A DNA stretch of 64,000 bases from Cirrosporium novae-zelandiae. Lineage: Eukaryota. The notes under the pieces were generated by a model that was given only the letters and a program-made list of their open reading frames with translations, was not told the DNA's origin and did not search any database. The translations under genes were made by a program, and so were the position numbers. Shown in pieces: positions 49,423 to 63,344 of the stretch (position 1 is the first letter of the stretch; every line of letters begins with the position of its first letter). The stretch covers positions 806,001 through 870,000 of the forward strand of contig JAPETS010000002.1 of the NCBI GenBank assembly GCA_026023565.1, read 5' to 3'.

Positions 49423-52400
49423 GGTGGGCTAATTGTCAAAAGGTCTCGTTGATGGAGTTGTTAAATTTCGAGCTGGATTTCGCTCTTTGAAATTCTACTG
49501 TGGGTGCGAGTTTCGCTTAGTTGAGGCCGAAGAGTTCCTTCTACATCGGAACAATCAATTTTCCGGACCAATGACTATCCTACATAGACAAAAACAAGAA
49601 CTTCTTCCTAACAGACAAGTTAATAATACAGGTCTAGGTTTCTTTGTATGGCAGCTAAGGATAATATAAGTGAAGATTTATTTCGTATACATGAGTCATA
49701 AACTTGATATTTATAAGCATTTTCTAATTCTCTCACTTTCTCACCAGATGTAAGTTCTAGGTTCCAGGTTCTACTATAAGTTCTAATTATTTACAGTAAA
49801 TATTTAACAGAACTTCCTATCCTACATAAAATAGAGAAAATATCATCAAAAAGGATAAATTGCGGGAAGTTCAAATAGCCGTCAGGTACTTATTTATTAT
49901 TTCCCTCTTCTTGAATAGTCTTCGAGAGTATGTCATTTCTAATCGTGAAAACCTACACTTCTTTACATAATCGTTTGATATGTCCAAACCCACAACTTAA
50001 TTTTTCTTCATCTCCTTTCAAATTCATACTACTCTTAACTTGCAGCAGTATCTCATGATGTAATAATAACCCTGGACGATAACTAAGTGTATTTTCATTG
50101 TTTAAGTTCCGCCTACTTCTTTAAATGTTCTTAGGCCAATGCCCAATTTCTCTCCTCTCTTTCCGTCTAACCCCAAACCAATACCGTTATCCCATCCATT
50201 CCAACATCCTTATTCTGGATATTATTATTTCTTAGTGGATCTCATGTCTTCCAAGTACCAAAGACAAAACCAATATAAAGTTGTTTGCCTTTGGCAATGA
50301 ATATAGTTTGACAATGGTCGGTTTTCTTATACTTCTCTGTTTTATTAGTATGTAGAAATACCTGAAAGAGTTTCGTGGGCACCCTTATCGCATGAAAAAC
50401 GTTGCTTATATAACTTTTCGCACACATTCTATCCTTTAGTCATGGGTGATATAGTATCTCTGGGCTTCGGTTTTTTTTTTATTAATACTCTCCCTATCTT
50501 TGAATGTGGACATGGACCATTTATCTGCACAATCGACACTTCCGAACATCTACTCTTGGACAGTATTTTGAGTCTACTCTGTGGACACCCTCGCATAACT
50601 AGGCCGTGTAGGTGGCAATATTGAAAGGCAGAAATCTGACGAGGAAATGATAAGATGCGAGCGCATTAGCTACTTGGATTTTATCGCCTCAACTTGATCT
50701 TAAAGCAGAACTTCACTAAAATTGCTGAGATAATCTTTGGTAGATTGAGTGCTAATTTTTGTTCTCTTAAGGTGTCCGATTATACGACCTCTGAACTTGT
50801 AACCTACACATCAGAAGTTCAAGTTTAACCGGTCTATTACAAATACCAAGTGAAGTAAGCTTGAAAGGTCGATGAAGTAGTTCATTCGAGAGGATCACTC
50901 TTATTCTTCCAGATTGCTCTTTTCGGACTATGACATGCTCCCGAGTGTAAAGTATAATGGAACATAGAACAGACAGTATAAGAATATAAAGATTAAGAAC
51001 TTGCCTTTCCCTTAGTCAAGCCTTGACATGAGTTCGGGCACCATGACCTAGGTTAATATTGTTGGTACTGGATTAATTTTGTGAAGTATGGAATATTTGC
51101 TTAATGAAATATTATTTAGATTATTATTATTGGGTATTTGAATAAAACTGGATTAATGATCAAAGTTTGGTTCTTCTAAAAGCTAGAATGGCACGTGAAT
51201 GGGTAAGATGTGTCCCATATAGGATGATGTTCTTGATATGGTAAAGGATTTTCCAAAAGAAATAAAGTAATTGGACGAAATAATATTAAGTTGCTCTTTT
51301 GGTTGTTACAAATAAGAGAAAGTATTATGAACTTTTGACCCTTATTGACTTAGGTACATATGAGTTCTATGACAAGAGGTTAGAGCTGCACGGACAAAGA
51401 TGAAAATATGAAACAGCGGCTCACCGAGGTTGTATTCGTGGTCGATTTGCGATGCAATCTGGAGGAGAGAGAACTTAAAGTTTTATATTTAGAAGCCGGA
51501 GCAGGGTTTATTGGGGGTCTGTGCATAGGTTTCCTCCGGACTGGAAGTTTTGGGGGATAATCCTGGATGTAGATGAATGTTTGCTACGAGGTATGGATAC
51601 ATATGACGGTTTCAGATGAGCATGTACTTGATACTAAGTACCTTTTGCAGTAGGAAGTTTTTAGAAGTTTGTTACAACTTTCAACTTACGAATGACAGGT
51701 ACCTTTACATAAGGTTGGCCTCGAACGGATAAGGCAAATTAGGCAACGCCAAGCAGAAGAAGTACACAAGTAGTCCTTCGGTCACAATCAGCAGGGATGA
51801 AAGATATACAGACGCACAGTAGTAGAACAACAGGGATAATTTCGGTAAGCTGCCATGCCCAAACGCCACAAATACAACCTCCAGCCAATGCAGCCATAAC
51901 TTCCCAAACCTGACAAACCTGACAAAACCAGAAGCCAGGGCGTTTCACGTCTCAATGCAAAATCTTTGAGGCTGCTTTGGGGGCTGTTCGGACGGCAGAG
52001 GTTGTCCTTTTTAACATAAAAAACAAAAAGCATAATAAAAAAAAGAAAAAGCTAATTAATTAATTCATTTATTTATTCAGAGTCCAGACTATTTTATATT
52101 TTACCTTCCATGATGCCGGTGGTATGTAGTGGTATGCTATGCCTGTGACATTATTATCCTCGGGAATAAAAAAAGGGCTTCATCCGCATTTTTTTGGAGG
52201 CTCGCAGATTCGCGTTGGCACCCACGGCACCTTACTTGCGGGGGTGTCCAGGAGCTAGGCTGCATGTAATGGAGGTGCGGACAAAAAAACAACAACGGGA
52301 AGGCTTAACCGCTACGGCATTTGCAGGCCATGTTATCGCGTGGCACCCTCCCTCCTTCTCCCCCACTCCAATCTGGCTTTTTTTGATTTTTTTTTTCGCC

Positions 52401-53725
52401 TCCTCCTTTGGTCCAGTCTTTTGGGTTATTACCTTGGCTTGGATAGTTATAACTTATTATATAATTATGTATATGTACATAATCCATCATGACAACCCAC
52501 AACCACAGCCACAACCACCACGACCAAAAAAATAAAATAAAATAAAATGAAAATAATAATAATAATAATAACAACAACAACAACAATTACCCCTTTTGGG
52601 AATTTATTTTATATTTGCTTTGTTTTGTTCTTGTTTTGTTTTTTGTGTGCGGATTAATAAATAATGGTCTTTTGCCAATTAATTAATTAATTGGTGGCGT
52701 ATATAGGACAGCATGATTTTAAATGGCATTTAGTTCACTGCCTAGGACAACCAAAAGTACGTAAAGAAGTATAAAAGATGCGTATAAGCTCTACAAGATC
52801 CACAGTAGTCTATCACATTTGGAAGAGAAGACTTTGGTACGGCTGAGTGTTTAAAAGCTTGGCTTACCCACAGTCTGTGGACGCCAACGCTATTCTCCTT
52901 GTGGAGCCTGCATTGATCAACCAGCACTGGCAGCATGCTCCTCAATCCCGTCATCCCGAGACTGGAGCCAGGGTCACTCTAACTAGGCGAAAGGCCAAAA
53001 ACGCCGTAGTTTCTCAATCATGGGCTTCATGGGTTAGGGTTTTTGGGGAGGCTTTCGTTCACGTCTTTCCCTCGCAACTCCATCGGTTTTCCCATTTCCC
53101 CCATCCACACCTTTTTCTCTCCTGACTGAAAAGAGAGTTGGATGTGTTGAAGCTGTCCTTGTTGATCAACCACCATCCCATCCCACATCACCACCTAATA
53201 TTCCATTCTTGAATTCCGACCCCATCCTTTGATTTTTCTTACTCTAACCTTTTGCATTCCCCTCTGAGTCGCCTACCCGAAATTCCCCCATCTCCTTCTC
53301 GTCAATCCCTCGGTTCGCCCTTCAAGAGAAACGCGACTGCTCTTGCGAACGTCTTGCATCTAATCTATCTGCCTTTCACTATTGTTAGCGGAAGATAAAT
53401 ACTGGCCTTTTAAGGAGAATTTGAGAATCTTCATCCTGGCATCGACTTCCACGAATTCGGCTGGCCTTGTTCATTCTTCGTCAAATCCTTGCGTGTCAAT
53501 TCGAAAACTATCGCGAAGCCTCTCATTCCAAAATTATATCTGGTGCATCACCTATCATTTGGAAGAAGTTGCCACGGAGTCACGACCGTCCGGTATTGCT
53601 ACGTTTGAGAAAGTTGTTTGAGCGCGCAGTCAGGCAGAAGTTCGTTCTCTTACCTTCGGCCACTTCCTCGCCTAGGCGCAAAACTACATCCCGTTAAAAA
53701 GCTAGCTTATTGAAACATCTCAACA

Positions 53726-53860
53726 ATGGCAAGCCATATCCAACCATCGCCCCCGGTGCCTCATAATCCGTCTACAATGACTGTTCCCACCCATCCTTTA
53801 CAAATAAATGGGGCCCATGTCCAAGCGCAACAACAACAACAGCAACAACAACAACAACAG

Positions 53861-53892
<32 letters not shown>

Positions 53893-56681
53893 GCAACAAC
53901 AACAACAACAACAGCAGCAACAGCAGCAGCAGCAACAGCAACAACAACAACAGCAACCTACGTCCCCCTCGCAAACACTGGCACGACTGAACGAGAATGT
54001 GTGGCTGCAAATAGGTTGGTTCCTGAAAACACTTTTGACCATCTTTGACCCTGTTCTAAGTATACTAATGCGCCTCAAAACATAGGCAATCTCACCGAGC
54101 TCTTTGGAGATCTAGATGGAGCTCTGGCTGCGTACGAGCAATGCCTTCGTCATAATTACAACAGTGTGCCTGCTATGAATTCTATATCATGCATACTGAG
54201 GACCCAGGAACGCTTTCCTCAGGCTGTAGAATACCTCCAGAAGATTCTCACAATTGAGCAAGGCAATGGAGATGTTTGGGGTAGCTTGGGTATGCGAACA
54301 TTCTTCAAAGTTTAATTTAATTCACAACTAATTGGGTAAAAGGCCATTGCTATCTGATGATGGATAATTTGCAAGAAGCCTACTCGGCTTACCAGCAGGC
54401 CCTGTATCACCTTCGGGATCCTAAGGTTGGCAGTTACTGTCCTATAGTACATCATAATAGAATGTTAACCATCTAAAATAGGAACCAAAACTCTGGTACG
54501 GTATTGGTATTCTCTACGATCGTTATGGATCTCTCGAACATGCCGAGGAAGCCTTTTCTCAGGTCATGCGCATGCAACCAAATTTCGAGAAAGCCAATGA
54601 AATATATTTTCGCCTTGGGATTATTTATAAGCAGCAACAAAAGTACAGTCAAAGTTTAGAGGTAAGCGTTATCAATTTATAAACAGGAGGTCTGTAATAA
54701 CCGAATTTCTAGTGCTTTAAATATATTGTCAATGATCCTCCGCGTCCATTAACAGAAGAAGACATATGGTTTCAGATTGGCCACGTGCATGAGCAACAAA
54801 AAGATGTAAGATTCTATATTACCCGTTGAGATCGTCGCTGATGGCTGGTGCAGTACGAAGCTGCCAAGAATGCATATAGGCGAGTGCTTGACGAGAATCC
54901 GCATCATGCCAAGGTCTTACAGCAGCTCGGATGGCTACACCACCAGCAAAGCACCAGCTACCAGAGCCAGGAAGCCGCCATCGATTACCTGGAACAGTCT
55001 GTTAGTGCAGGTAAGTGACCGATGTTTGTGTGATGCTGGTCGCCTTTCGATTGACTTTTGTATTTGTTAGACAATTCGGATGCGCAAAGTTGGTATCTAC
55101 TGGGACGGTGCTACATGTCTCAGCAGAAGTATCCCAAAGCTTATGAAGCTTACCAACAAGCCGTCTACCGTGATGGGCGTAACCCTACTTTCTGGTGCTC
55201 GATAGGTGTTCTCTACTATCAAATCAATCAATACCGCGACGCTCTTGATGCATACTCGAGGGCGATTCGCCTTAATCCTTACATTTCAGAAGTCTGGTAC
55301 GACCTGGGTACCTTGGTAAGTTTCCCCTAGCTGACTCACCGTTTCTATGTTTACGATTGCTGATCGATTGCAGTATGAATCTTGCAATAATCAAACAGCA
55401 GATGCTCTCGACGCGTATGGAAGGGCAGCCGACCTTGACCCGAACAATATTCACATTAAGGCGCGACTGCAGTTGCTACGCAGTGGCCAGACCACTGGTA
55501 TGAGCCAAAATGCCCCAGTTCCGCAAGATGTACATCCACAAGCCTATCAAGGCCCGGGTGTTGGTGTTCCTCCAGGCGTTCAGTGGTCTGGTCCAACCCC
55601 CGCCCCAGCTCCTGTGCAGCAAGGAGGGCCGGCACCAGGACCGCCTCCACAGCTCAATGACTGGTCCCGCCGTTTGCAAGATATTCCGAACCCCCAGCCT
55701 CAACCTCCGAATCCTTATGACCAGAGGGACGGCATCAGGCCGCCTCCACCGCCTCCACGCCAGCCAAGCCCACGCCCGGAACCAATGAGGCAGTTTCCAG
55801 ACCCTGCTCGTGGTTCCACCGCCCGTAGAGGCTTATCGCCTTCACCAAAAGTTGATCATCCTCAATCGGCGTTCCCTGGACCACAAAGCCTTCCGCAGCC
55901 AACACCGACACTCCATCAACCTACCCAAAATCGTATCGCGAACCCAAACTATTCACAGAATCCTGGAATCCCTCCATCTGCTCCTAACGGTATGTCTGGT
56001 CCTGGGCCGATGCCTCCTTTTGGACGAGGAAATAGTCCTCCGCCAGAGGTGAGACCCATTCTCGACAATAGGCCTTCCTCTCCCGGTTCAAACTATCCGC
56101 ATCAGCCTTTCCAACATCACCCTAATTCATCGCAAGGGGGAGGCATCGCATCAGGTGCCCCTCCCCCAGCAGCTGCTCTTGCTGCGGCGGAAGCTGCAGC
56201 CCGGGAAAGGGAGGATCGGCCCCCATCTGCGTTAAAACGTCAGCGGGAGTGGGAGAATGACTCACCATCGAAGAAATTCGCCAATGATGAAACTCGTGCC
56301 CGTCTTGAGGACCAGCATTCACGTAGACCGTCGCCTATCGACAATAAACTTCCTTCTCCTCAGGAACTCCATCGACGAGGCTCATCGGAGATGAGGCAAG
56401 ATGACCAACGTCGGATTAATAATGATAATTATCATCCATCGGAAGCTGCTCACCATCCTCCCACGCTTCCATCAATGCAACCACCGCAGCATTTGCCTCC
56501 GATGTCAGAGATGCCAAAAGATGAAAGGAAGGAGCTTGTAGAACCCGCGGCCAGGAAAATGGATGTCGATGAGAATTATGATGATGATGGGGATGACGAT
56601 AAACGGCCGATTGGATCCGGTCCGGCTCGCAATAGCCCTCAGAATGGCTTGATAAATGGGCAGGCCAAGAATGCCGAGTGA
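53726..56681 (+). CDS. SSN6: General transcriptional co-repressor Ssn6/Cyc8 (TPR repeats)
   Basis: PolyQ N-terminus, then multi-exon TPR array ([98 protein letters not shown]) and a Pro-rich tail. Confidence 0.96.
53828..53956 (+). repeat. (CAA/CAG)43 polyglutamine-coding repeat in SSN6
   Basis: 129 nt of uninterrupted mixed CAA/CAG codons in frame. Confidence 0.95.
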
Positions 56682-57777
56682 CTTGGCGGAAGGAGGTGAA
56701 GGGACAGCGGGATTTACGACTGATATGCGGGCTCTGATCTATTTAGCCATGCTTCTTACTGAGTTTCATTCTTCTTGATTGTGTTTCGTCCAGTCCTTTT
56801 ATTGTTGATAAGCCGGAGAAGATGCCCAAGGGCACCGAAAAGGCGCGGAAGGAAACCCTTTTATTATTTTTATTATTTTTTTTATTACTGCGGTGGTCCT
56901 GGTGGTTGCTTGTCTACAATTTAGGGGTGAAGTGTGGCTGTGCTTGTGTGATTTTGTCGTGGGTTTGTTTATAGTCAAATGAAGGGAGGATAGTTAGGGT
57001 GTCTAGAGTACCAAAGTAGGTAAATGGAAAATGCAGTGCCAACATGTTACGATAAATGTTTGTCTTGGGCCAATTGGTCGGGCATGAAGGATGCTGGGCC
57101 TTGGCGTTTGTCAGAGTTGAAGGCCGAGAGGAAACGAGAGGAGGGGACTGAGGCCAAGAAAGCCGGTCGGATGCCCCTCGGATGAGACCCAATCTCCCCC
57201 TCCCCGACCTTGGGTGGCTTTGCAGTGTTTTGCAGTGTTTTGTGGTGCGAGGTGCGTGGTGTGTGCTCAGAGGTACTATCGGTGTGATTACTGGAGGGTT
57301 GCCAAGACCAACCCACGGTCTCTTTTTGCCCTCCAGTTCCGAGCCTTTCAGGAGGCTAACTAATGGGTAAGATTTGGACATGGCTAAAACACGCACGAAT
57401 ACTTGGTACACTCTAGAAAGAAAAAAAATATTTGTCTACCTATCCAAGCCCCCAAGCATGGCTTCCAAGAAAATGCCATGCAACATGCGACATGCAACAA
57501 GCCTCCCGTATTTACAAAACTTCAATGTCTAAACAAGAGCGAGCTCGAGGTCGGTCACCTGAACTTCGAATCCACCTTCTTCCAGAGTTACCAAGGCTTG
57601 GTATTCTTGGCCGTCCTTGGCTAATTCATAAATAAAGGCAGCTTCGTCCTCAATCCACGAGAGAAATGGAGGCCACTATGACTCTGCATTTTTTATCCAG
57701 GAAACATGCCTTCTATATCTGACTGACATTTCTTTGACCGCGACGCCTTCTCTTGCGCCTGCGCGCCCCTCAACGAT

Positions 57778-58576
57778 ATGACCCAGCTTGGTGGTGACAT
57801 CTCCAAAAGCTCATTGCTTGTTTCGAAACCCCCTCCAGCTCTCTGTTCGCCCGTCTGTCGACTTTACCTGTCTTGTGCTCCTCGTCCAAGCTCAGGCCGG
57901 GGCTCCAGGAAAGTCTCGCGGATGCAGCAATATCAGCAGAGAGACATCGAGAAACACGCAGGGAACCCACAATGGGATCTTGCTGTCCCCAATATGAATA
58001 TGCATGGTGGGGCGCAGAATGAATATTCTTACACCACTGCCGAAGAGTCTGACCAGTCAAATGACCACGCATTGTGGATTATGGTATTATTCTTGCTAGT
58101 TGTTTCCTTGTTATCAGAAGACTAACAATCCAATGAAGATATATTTATCCTTCCTTACACCATTCGTGTCCCTGGCTACGGCTCTATATACTTTCTTCAC
58201 CATCCTCCTTAGTTTGCTTATATGCCCCGTCTGCTGGTGCATAAAGAAGCCATTCCAGACAGGTCGGCTTTTGCGACTGTGGAATTCTTGTGTAGATTTC
58301 CATTTAGATTGCATCTACTCGAAATTTGACCGACCACTACCTCAATTGGACCTCAGCGATGAGTGCTCTACGTTTTATACGACATTAATTGTCCTTTTAC
58401 TTGCGCCATTTCTTAGCGTTGGCGTTGCAATGGCGACTTGGGTGGCTGCTTTTTTCTGGGCATTCGCTGCTATACTTGGTGATCCAGATGGGAGAAGTTC
58501 TAAAGATGACGGACGAGCAGCTGTTCTTGGTGTAAAGAGTTGGTGGGAGTCATGGTTCAGAAGAGCGCTGAAATGA
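57778..58576 (+). CDS. Hypothetical fungal membrane protein
   Basis: ORFs 57778-58125 and 58100-58576 are joined by intron 58084-58138 (GTATTA...ACTAAC...AAG): ...DHALWIM|IYLSFLTP..., hydrophobic helices, then ILGDPDG...DDGRAAVLGVKSWW. Confidence 0.7.
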
Positions 58577-59241
58577 TATAAAATGCCCAGATTACGAAAG
58601 TCATGTGAGTTGTCTGGTTATTTACGAACGATTGAATAAAAAATAAAAATAATCTCAATACAAATCAAATTAAAAAAATCCATTGTAGATTTGGGCTTAT
58701 TCAAGGTACAATTAGTGGAAAAGTTCAATAGGTCTACCATGTGCGAAAATGTTCTACACGAACATTCAGGGCCTTTTGTCAAGGGGTTGGTTGCTCTTTA
58801 TGCTTAGGAGGCCGCGTCAAGGCTCATTGATTGAAAATACATAAAACTAGTCTAATAGGCCCCCATCTTGCAATATGATGAATGCTAAACCTCAAATAGT
58901 CAAATAGCTAAAGGATTTATAATCCTAGATTAGGGCTAGGGGGATATCCCGTAACAGAAATGAGGGTCCCAAGTAGTGTGGGAATTCACCAGGACCACCA
59001 AAGTAGAACCATGTTTTAAAAGATAAATTGTATATCGTCTGTAAATGAATACTGTATAGAACTCGATGACATTTTATCGAGTTGATTTCATCAAGGAAAA
59101 AGAACGTTAGGGCTTTGGGGTTTAGCGTAAGTTGCTATCGATAGGCATAGCGAGCTTTGACTTTACGCCGAGAAAGCAGTTTTGGAAATAATTTTTCGAG
59201 CCTAGAGACCCTTCTTGCGCAAGAGCTACACAACCAGCAAA

Positions 59242-62200
59242 ATGTCGCTGGCAGAGAAGCTTGACAAGATCAAGTCGCCCAAATTGCAAAATCAACATCA
59301 TGTGAGTTGCGCATCTGCAGCACAGGATAATAATTGGATTTTCTAACTGTTATTTAGACAGCAGTTGTACTATCAGCGGTGGAGGATACCCTTCGAGACC
59401 AGAAAACAGAACCATCACCAACAGCCTACTTTGCTGCCCTCTTAGCTCTTCTGAGCCAGGCAATAAATGCTAAAGGAATTGTGAACAAGGACCTTGCAAC
59501 ATCCCTTGTTTATCTGCTTGACGTCGTTACACCTTATGTCCCACAACCCCTCCTTCGATCAAAATTCTCCCAAATATTGACCAACCTTGCCCCCGCTCTT
59601 ACTCAACCTGAGGCAGAAGCTCCTTTACTGCGACCCTCGATAGGATGTCTCGAATCGCTTCTTGTGGCTCAAGATGCTGCTGCTTGGGCTTTGCCGCAAA
59701 CACAAATTGGTCCGAGAAGAGCAACTGCAGGTTTACTAACCCTCGCTGTAGACCATCGACCCAAAGTACGGAAGCGTGCACAGGATGCCTTGAAAAAAGT
59801 TCTTAGAAGACCTCCCCCGAGCCCTTCACTTGATCATCCTGCTGCCGACATGTGCGCCGAGACTGCTCTACAAAGCTTGAACGAGATTGCTGCCGCCGCT
59901 AGAAAGAACAAGAAAAATAAGGGTTACGGGCAGGACAGTCATCATGAACCAGGGCTGATCCATGCAATGCAATTAGTAAAGACCATTTCAAGTGCCTCTG
60001 GGGGTTGGCCAAGCAAGAAGATTGAGCCTCTGTGTGAACTCTTGATGAATATATCAAAGACAAGCAGTGATTATTTAACAATGTCTGCTTTTGAGGTTTT
60101 TGAAACTATAGTCGTTGGAATGGCCAATGAAGTTTCTTCCGCGAAACTTCCTCGTCTCCTTGATGCTCTCCAGGATCTCCGACCTTCCCAAAACGATTCT
60201 CAGCTTCTCCCGCCATGGATCGCAGTTATATCGAGAGGTTACGACGTATCCGCTCAAATAAATCCGGAGGAGACATTTCAAAAGCTCCCTGAGCTATTCA
60301 ATATGGTTTTTGGTTTCCTCGCTTCTTCATCCCACAATATTCGTGTGTCTGCTTCGGAGTGTTTAATTTCATTCATGCAAAACTGCGTCTCTAATTCCGT
60401 AATTTTAGAGCCTTCTATCTTCGACGAAAAGGTTCTCGAGAAGTTGTCTAGGTCTGCTAATGACCTGCTCTCCGTCAAATACCAATCAGCATGGATGGAG
60501 GTCTTTAATGTGCTCTCGTCCATGTTCGATGCTTTTAAGTGGAGATCTGACCCTTTGCTAGTTGATGCTTTGAAGACAATCGGGGAGTTAAGAGGTAATG
60601 AATCATTCAATGGAAAGAAAGAGGCCGATTCTGTTCTCGCAAGCGCAGTCAAAGCAATGGGACCAGAGGCTGTACTTCGAACACTACCATTAAATCTCAA
60701 CAAGCCAAAGCCCGGCCAACCGGGGAGAGCCTGGCTGCTTCCAATTCTACGGGATAATGTACTCAATACGAATCTTGCACATTTCAGGAATGAATTTGTT
60801 CCGTTAAGTGAGATAATGTTCCAACGGGTTCTCGATCATGGAGATGCCGAGAAAACAATGCAGATCAAGATTTTTGAAACTCTAGTACAACAAACATGGG
60901 CTTTACTTCCAGGCTATTGCACTTTCCCACTTGATGTGACTACCGCGTTTGACCAGAATTTTGCCGAGCTTCTCTCGAATCTTCTGTATAAGCAGACCGA
61001 GCTACGAGTGGATATATGTCGTGGGCTACAAAATTTGGTCGAAAGCAATCAGACAATCTTGGACTTGGAGCTTGAGAATGAGGATCTTATAATGCAGCAG
61101 CGCATAACTAAGGCTGACGCGAAGAAGAATATCATGCATCTTGCTTCGTTTTCAGGAAATCTGCTTGCGGTGCTATTTAATGTTTACAGCGAGACCCTTC
61201 CTCATTTTAGAGGATATATCTTGCGGTGCATCAATGCTTATTTGAGTATAACCCCTGCGAATGAGGTGATGGACATATTTACTCGTGTAGCCAGTATGCT
61301 TGAATCTTCTCTTGCGGAAGTGGGTCCGCAAAGACAGGCAGATAAACAAAAACAAAAGAAAGAAGAGAGTAAAATGCCTCCTATGAGCCACACACTGATG
61401 GACCTGGTCATAACAATTTCAGTCTACCTTCCCCGAGATAGCTTCGCCTCTCTATTTACTATAGCTGCTCTCATTATAAACAAGGATGATGACCCACAAC
61501 TACAGAAAAAGGCCTATAAACTTATTCCTCGGCTCGCAGAATCGGAGACAGGCAAAGTTGCTCTAGCGGATCGCAACGAGGAGTTACAGCAACTCCTTCT
61601 CTCCAGCGCCTCCAAAGCATCTGCGCCATCTCGACGAGACCGCCTTCTCGCTATTTCATCAACCCTTGACTTTCTTCCCCAAACGTCTCTCCACTTCATC
61701 CCATCAATCCTCTCTGAAGTTGTTATCTCTTGTAAGGAATCCAATGAAAAGGCAAGAACAGCAGGATTTGACCTCCTTGTCCGGATGGGTGAGAAAATGT
61801 CTGAAGGGGGAGTCGTGTCCAACTCCAAGGTCCCTCACATGGCGGACGATGCTCCAGATGCAAAAGCTAGCCTCGAAGAATACTTCACCATGGTTTCCGC
61901 AGGTCTCGCGGGCGCAACCCCACACATGATCAGCGCAAGTATAACAGCCCTAACTCGCATCCTCTTTCAATTCCGACAGCAACTCCCCGCTCCCATGCTC
62001 GCAGAACTTGTGGAAACAATGGATCTTTTCCTTAAATCAAACAATCGGGAGGTTGTGCGTTCAGTTCTCGGCTTCGTTAAGGTCTCCATTATTAGTCTCC
62101 CTATGAACCTCATGCTACCTCGATTGGAGACCATGATCCCCAACCTCTTCGTCTGGAGTCATGAACACACGGGCCACTTCCGACAGAAGATAAAACACAT

Positions 62201-63092
62201 ATTTGAGCGGATGATCAGGAGGTTCGGATATGAAATTGTAGAGAAATGGTGTCCGGAGGAGGATAAAAAGCTACTCATTAACATCAAAAAGACCCGAGAG
62301 CGAAACAAAAGAAAGAAGAATGACAACCCTGATGGTGAGGATGGAATGAGTGATGATGATTCATTGACCAACACCTCAAGACGAAGACCCGGTCGTTACG
62401 ATAATGAATTCGATGAGGCAGTTTACGGCTCTGATGCCTCCTCATATTCCGGCTCTGATGCGAGTGACGACGAAGTGCTCGGCCACAACAAACAGCGCAA
62501 AGGCAAATCAGCGAGTGCCCGAAACCAGCAATTCATCGTGGAGGATGACGACGAACCACTGGACCTTTTGGACAAAAGAGCCCTTGCGAATATCTCAACG
62601 ACGCGGCCGCGCAGCACACGCACGGGACAGATGCCAGTGCAAAAGACCAAGGCCAAGGTTGATGAGGATGGAAGACTGGTTCTGGGAGAGGATGATAGCG
62701 ATGATGAGATGATGGATTTTGATGCGGATTGGGCACACCATCGCGAGCCGGGAGATGGGTCGCTGGAGGGTGGTATTAATGCATATGTGGCAGCGATTAA
62801 AGGCAAGGATGCTGTCAAGAGGGGCCAGAGAGGCAAACTCAAGTTCAGCAACAAGAAGGGGCAAGAAGAGGCAGATGATGATGAGGAGGAGGATCGGGAG
62901 ATGGAGGTGGACCAGCAGCAGCAGGATATGAAGAGGAATAGGATGAAGGCGCAGATGGGGGGTAAAGGGAGGAGCCCGGGGAAGAAAGGGACGTTGGCGC
63001 AGAGGAGCGGAAGAAAGGGGTTAGGAGCCATGAAAACGAGGGGAGGGAGGGTCATGAAAGCGGGTGCGGGGAGAGGAGGAGGTAGGCGTTAA
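59242..63092 (+). CDS. RRP12: Ribosomal RNA-processing protein 12 (HEAT repeats, NUC173)
   Basis: MSLAEKLDKIKSPKLQNQHH|TAVVLSAVE (intron 59302-59357), DHRPKVRKRAQ, MGPEAVL..LPLNL, GRAWLLPILRD, LQKKAYK, AGLAG.TPHM.SA, NREVVRSVLGFVKV, EPLDLLD, basic tail. Confidence 0.93.
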
Positions 63093-63293
63093 AGTTTGAA
63101 TCAAACTTTTTTTCTTTTTTTTCTTTCTATCTATTCAGGAAGGGGGAAAAAGTTCTCGTTTATTATTTGTTCATAAGGTATGATTTCGAAAACTAAGGGT
63201 TTTTTTTTGTTTTTTGTTTATTTTTTTTATGCTTTCTTTTTATGGTATAGAATGAATGAATATACATATGACGGAGCATGTATATGAAATGCG

Positions 63294-63294
<1 letters not shown>

Positions 63295-63344
<50 letters not shown>
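63295..63344. repeat. (TTG)16 microsatellite downstream of RRP12
   Basis: Perfect trinucleotide run. Confidence 0.95.

Noticed and set aside
50647..50730. Possible C/D guide RNA: TGATAA...CTGA with an 11-nt antisense match (ACTTGATCTTA) to U2 snRNA
   Set aside because: Imperfect C box, no D' box directly after the antisense element and no terminal stem; compatible with chance.
50691..50825. TPP-riboswitch-like words (AACTTGATCT, CTGAGA, TTATACG..GAACTTG)
   Set aside because: The motifs are in the wrong order or spacing, the GATAATACCAGCG-type hairpin is missing, and no thiamine gene is nearby.
58930..59122. TTAGGG words upstream of RRP12 (also near 820 and 7090)
   Set aside because: Single dispersed copies, not a telomeric array; at most generic promoter telobox-like motifs.
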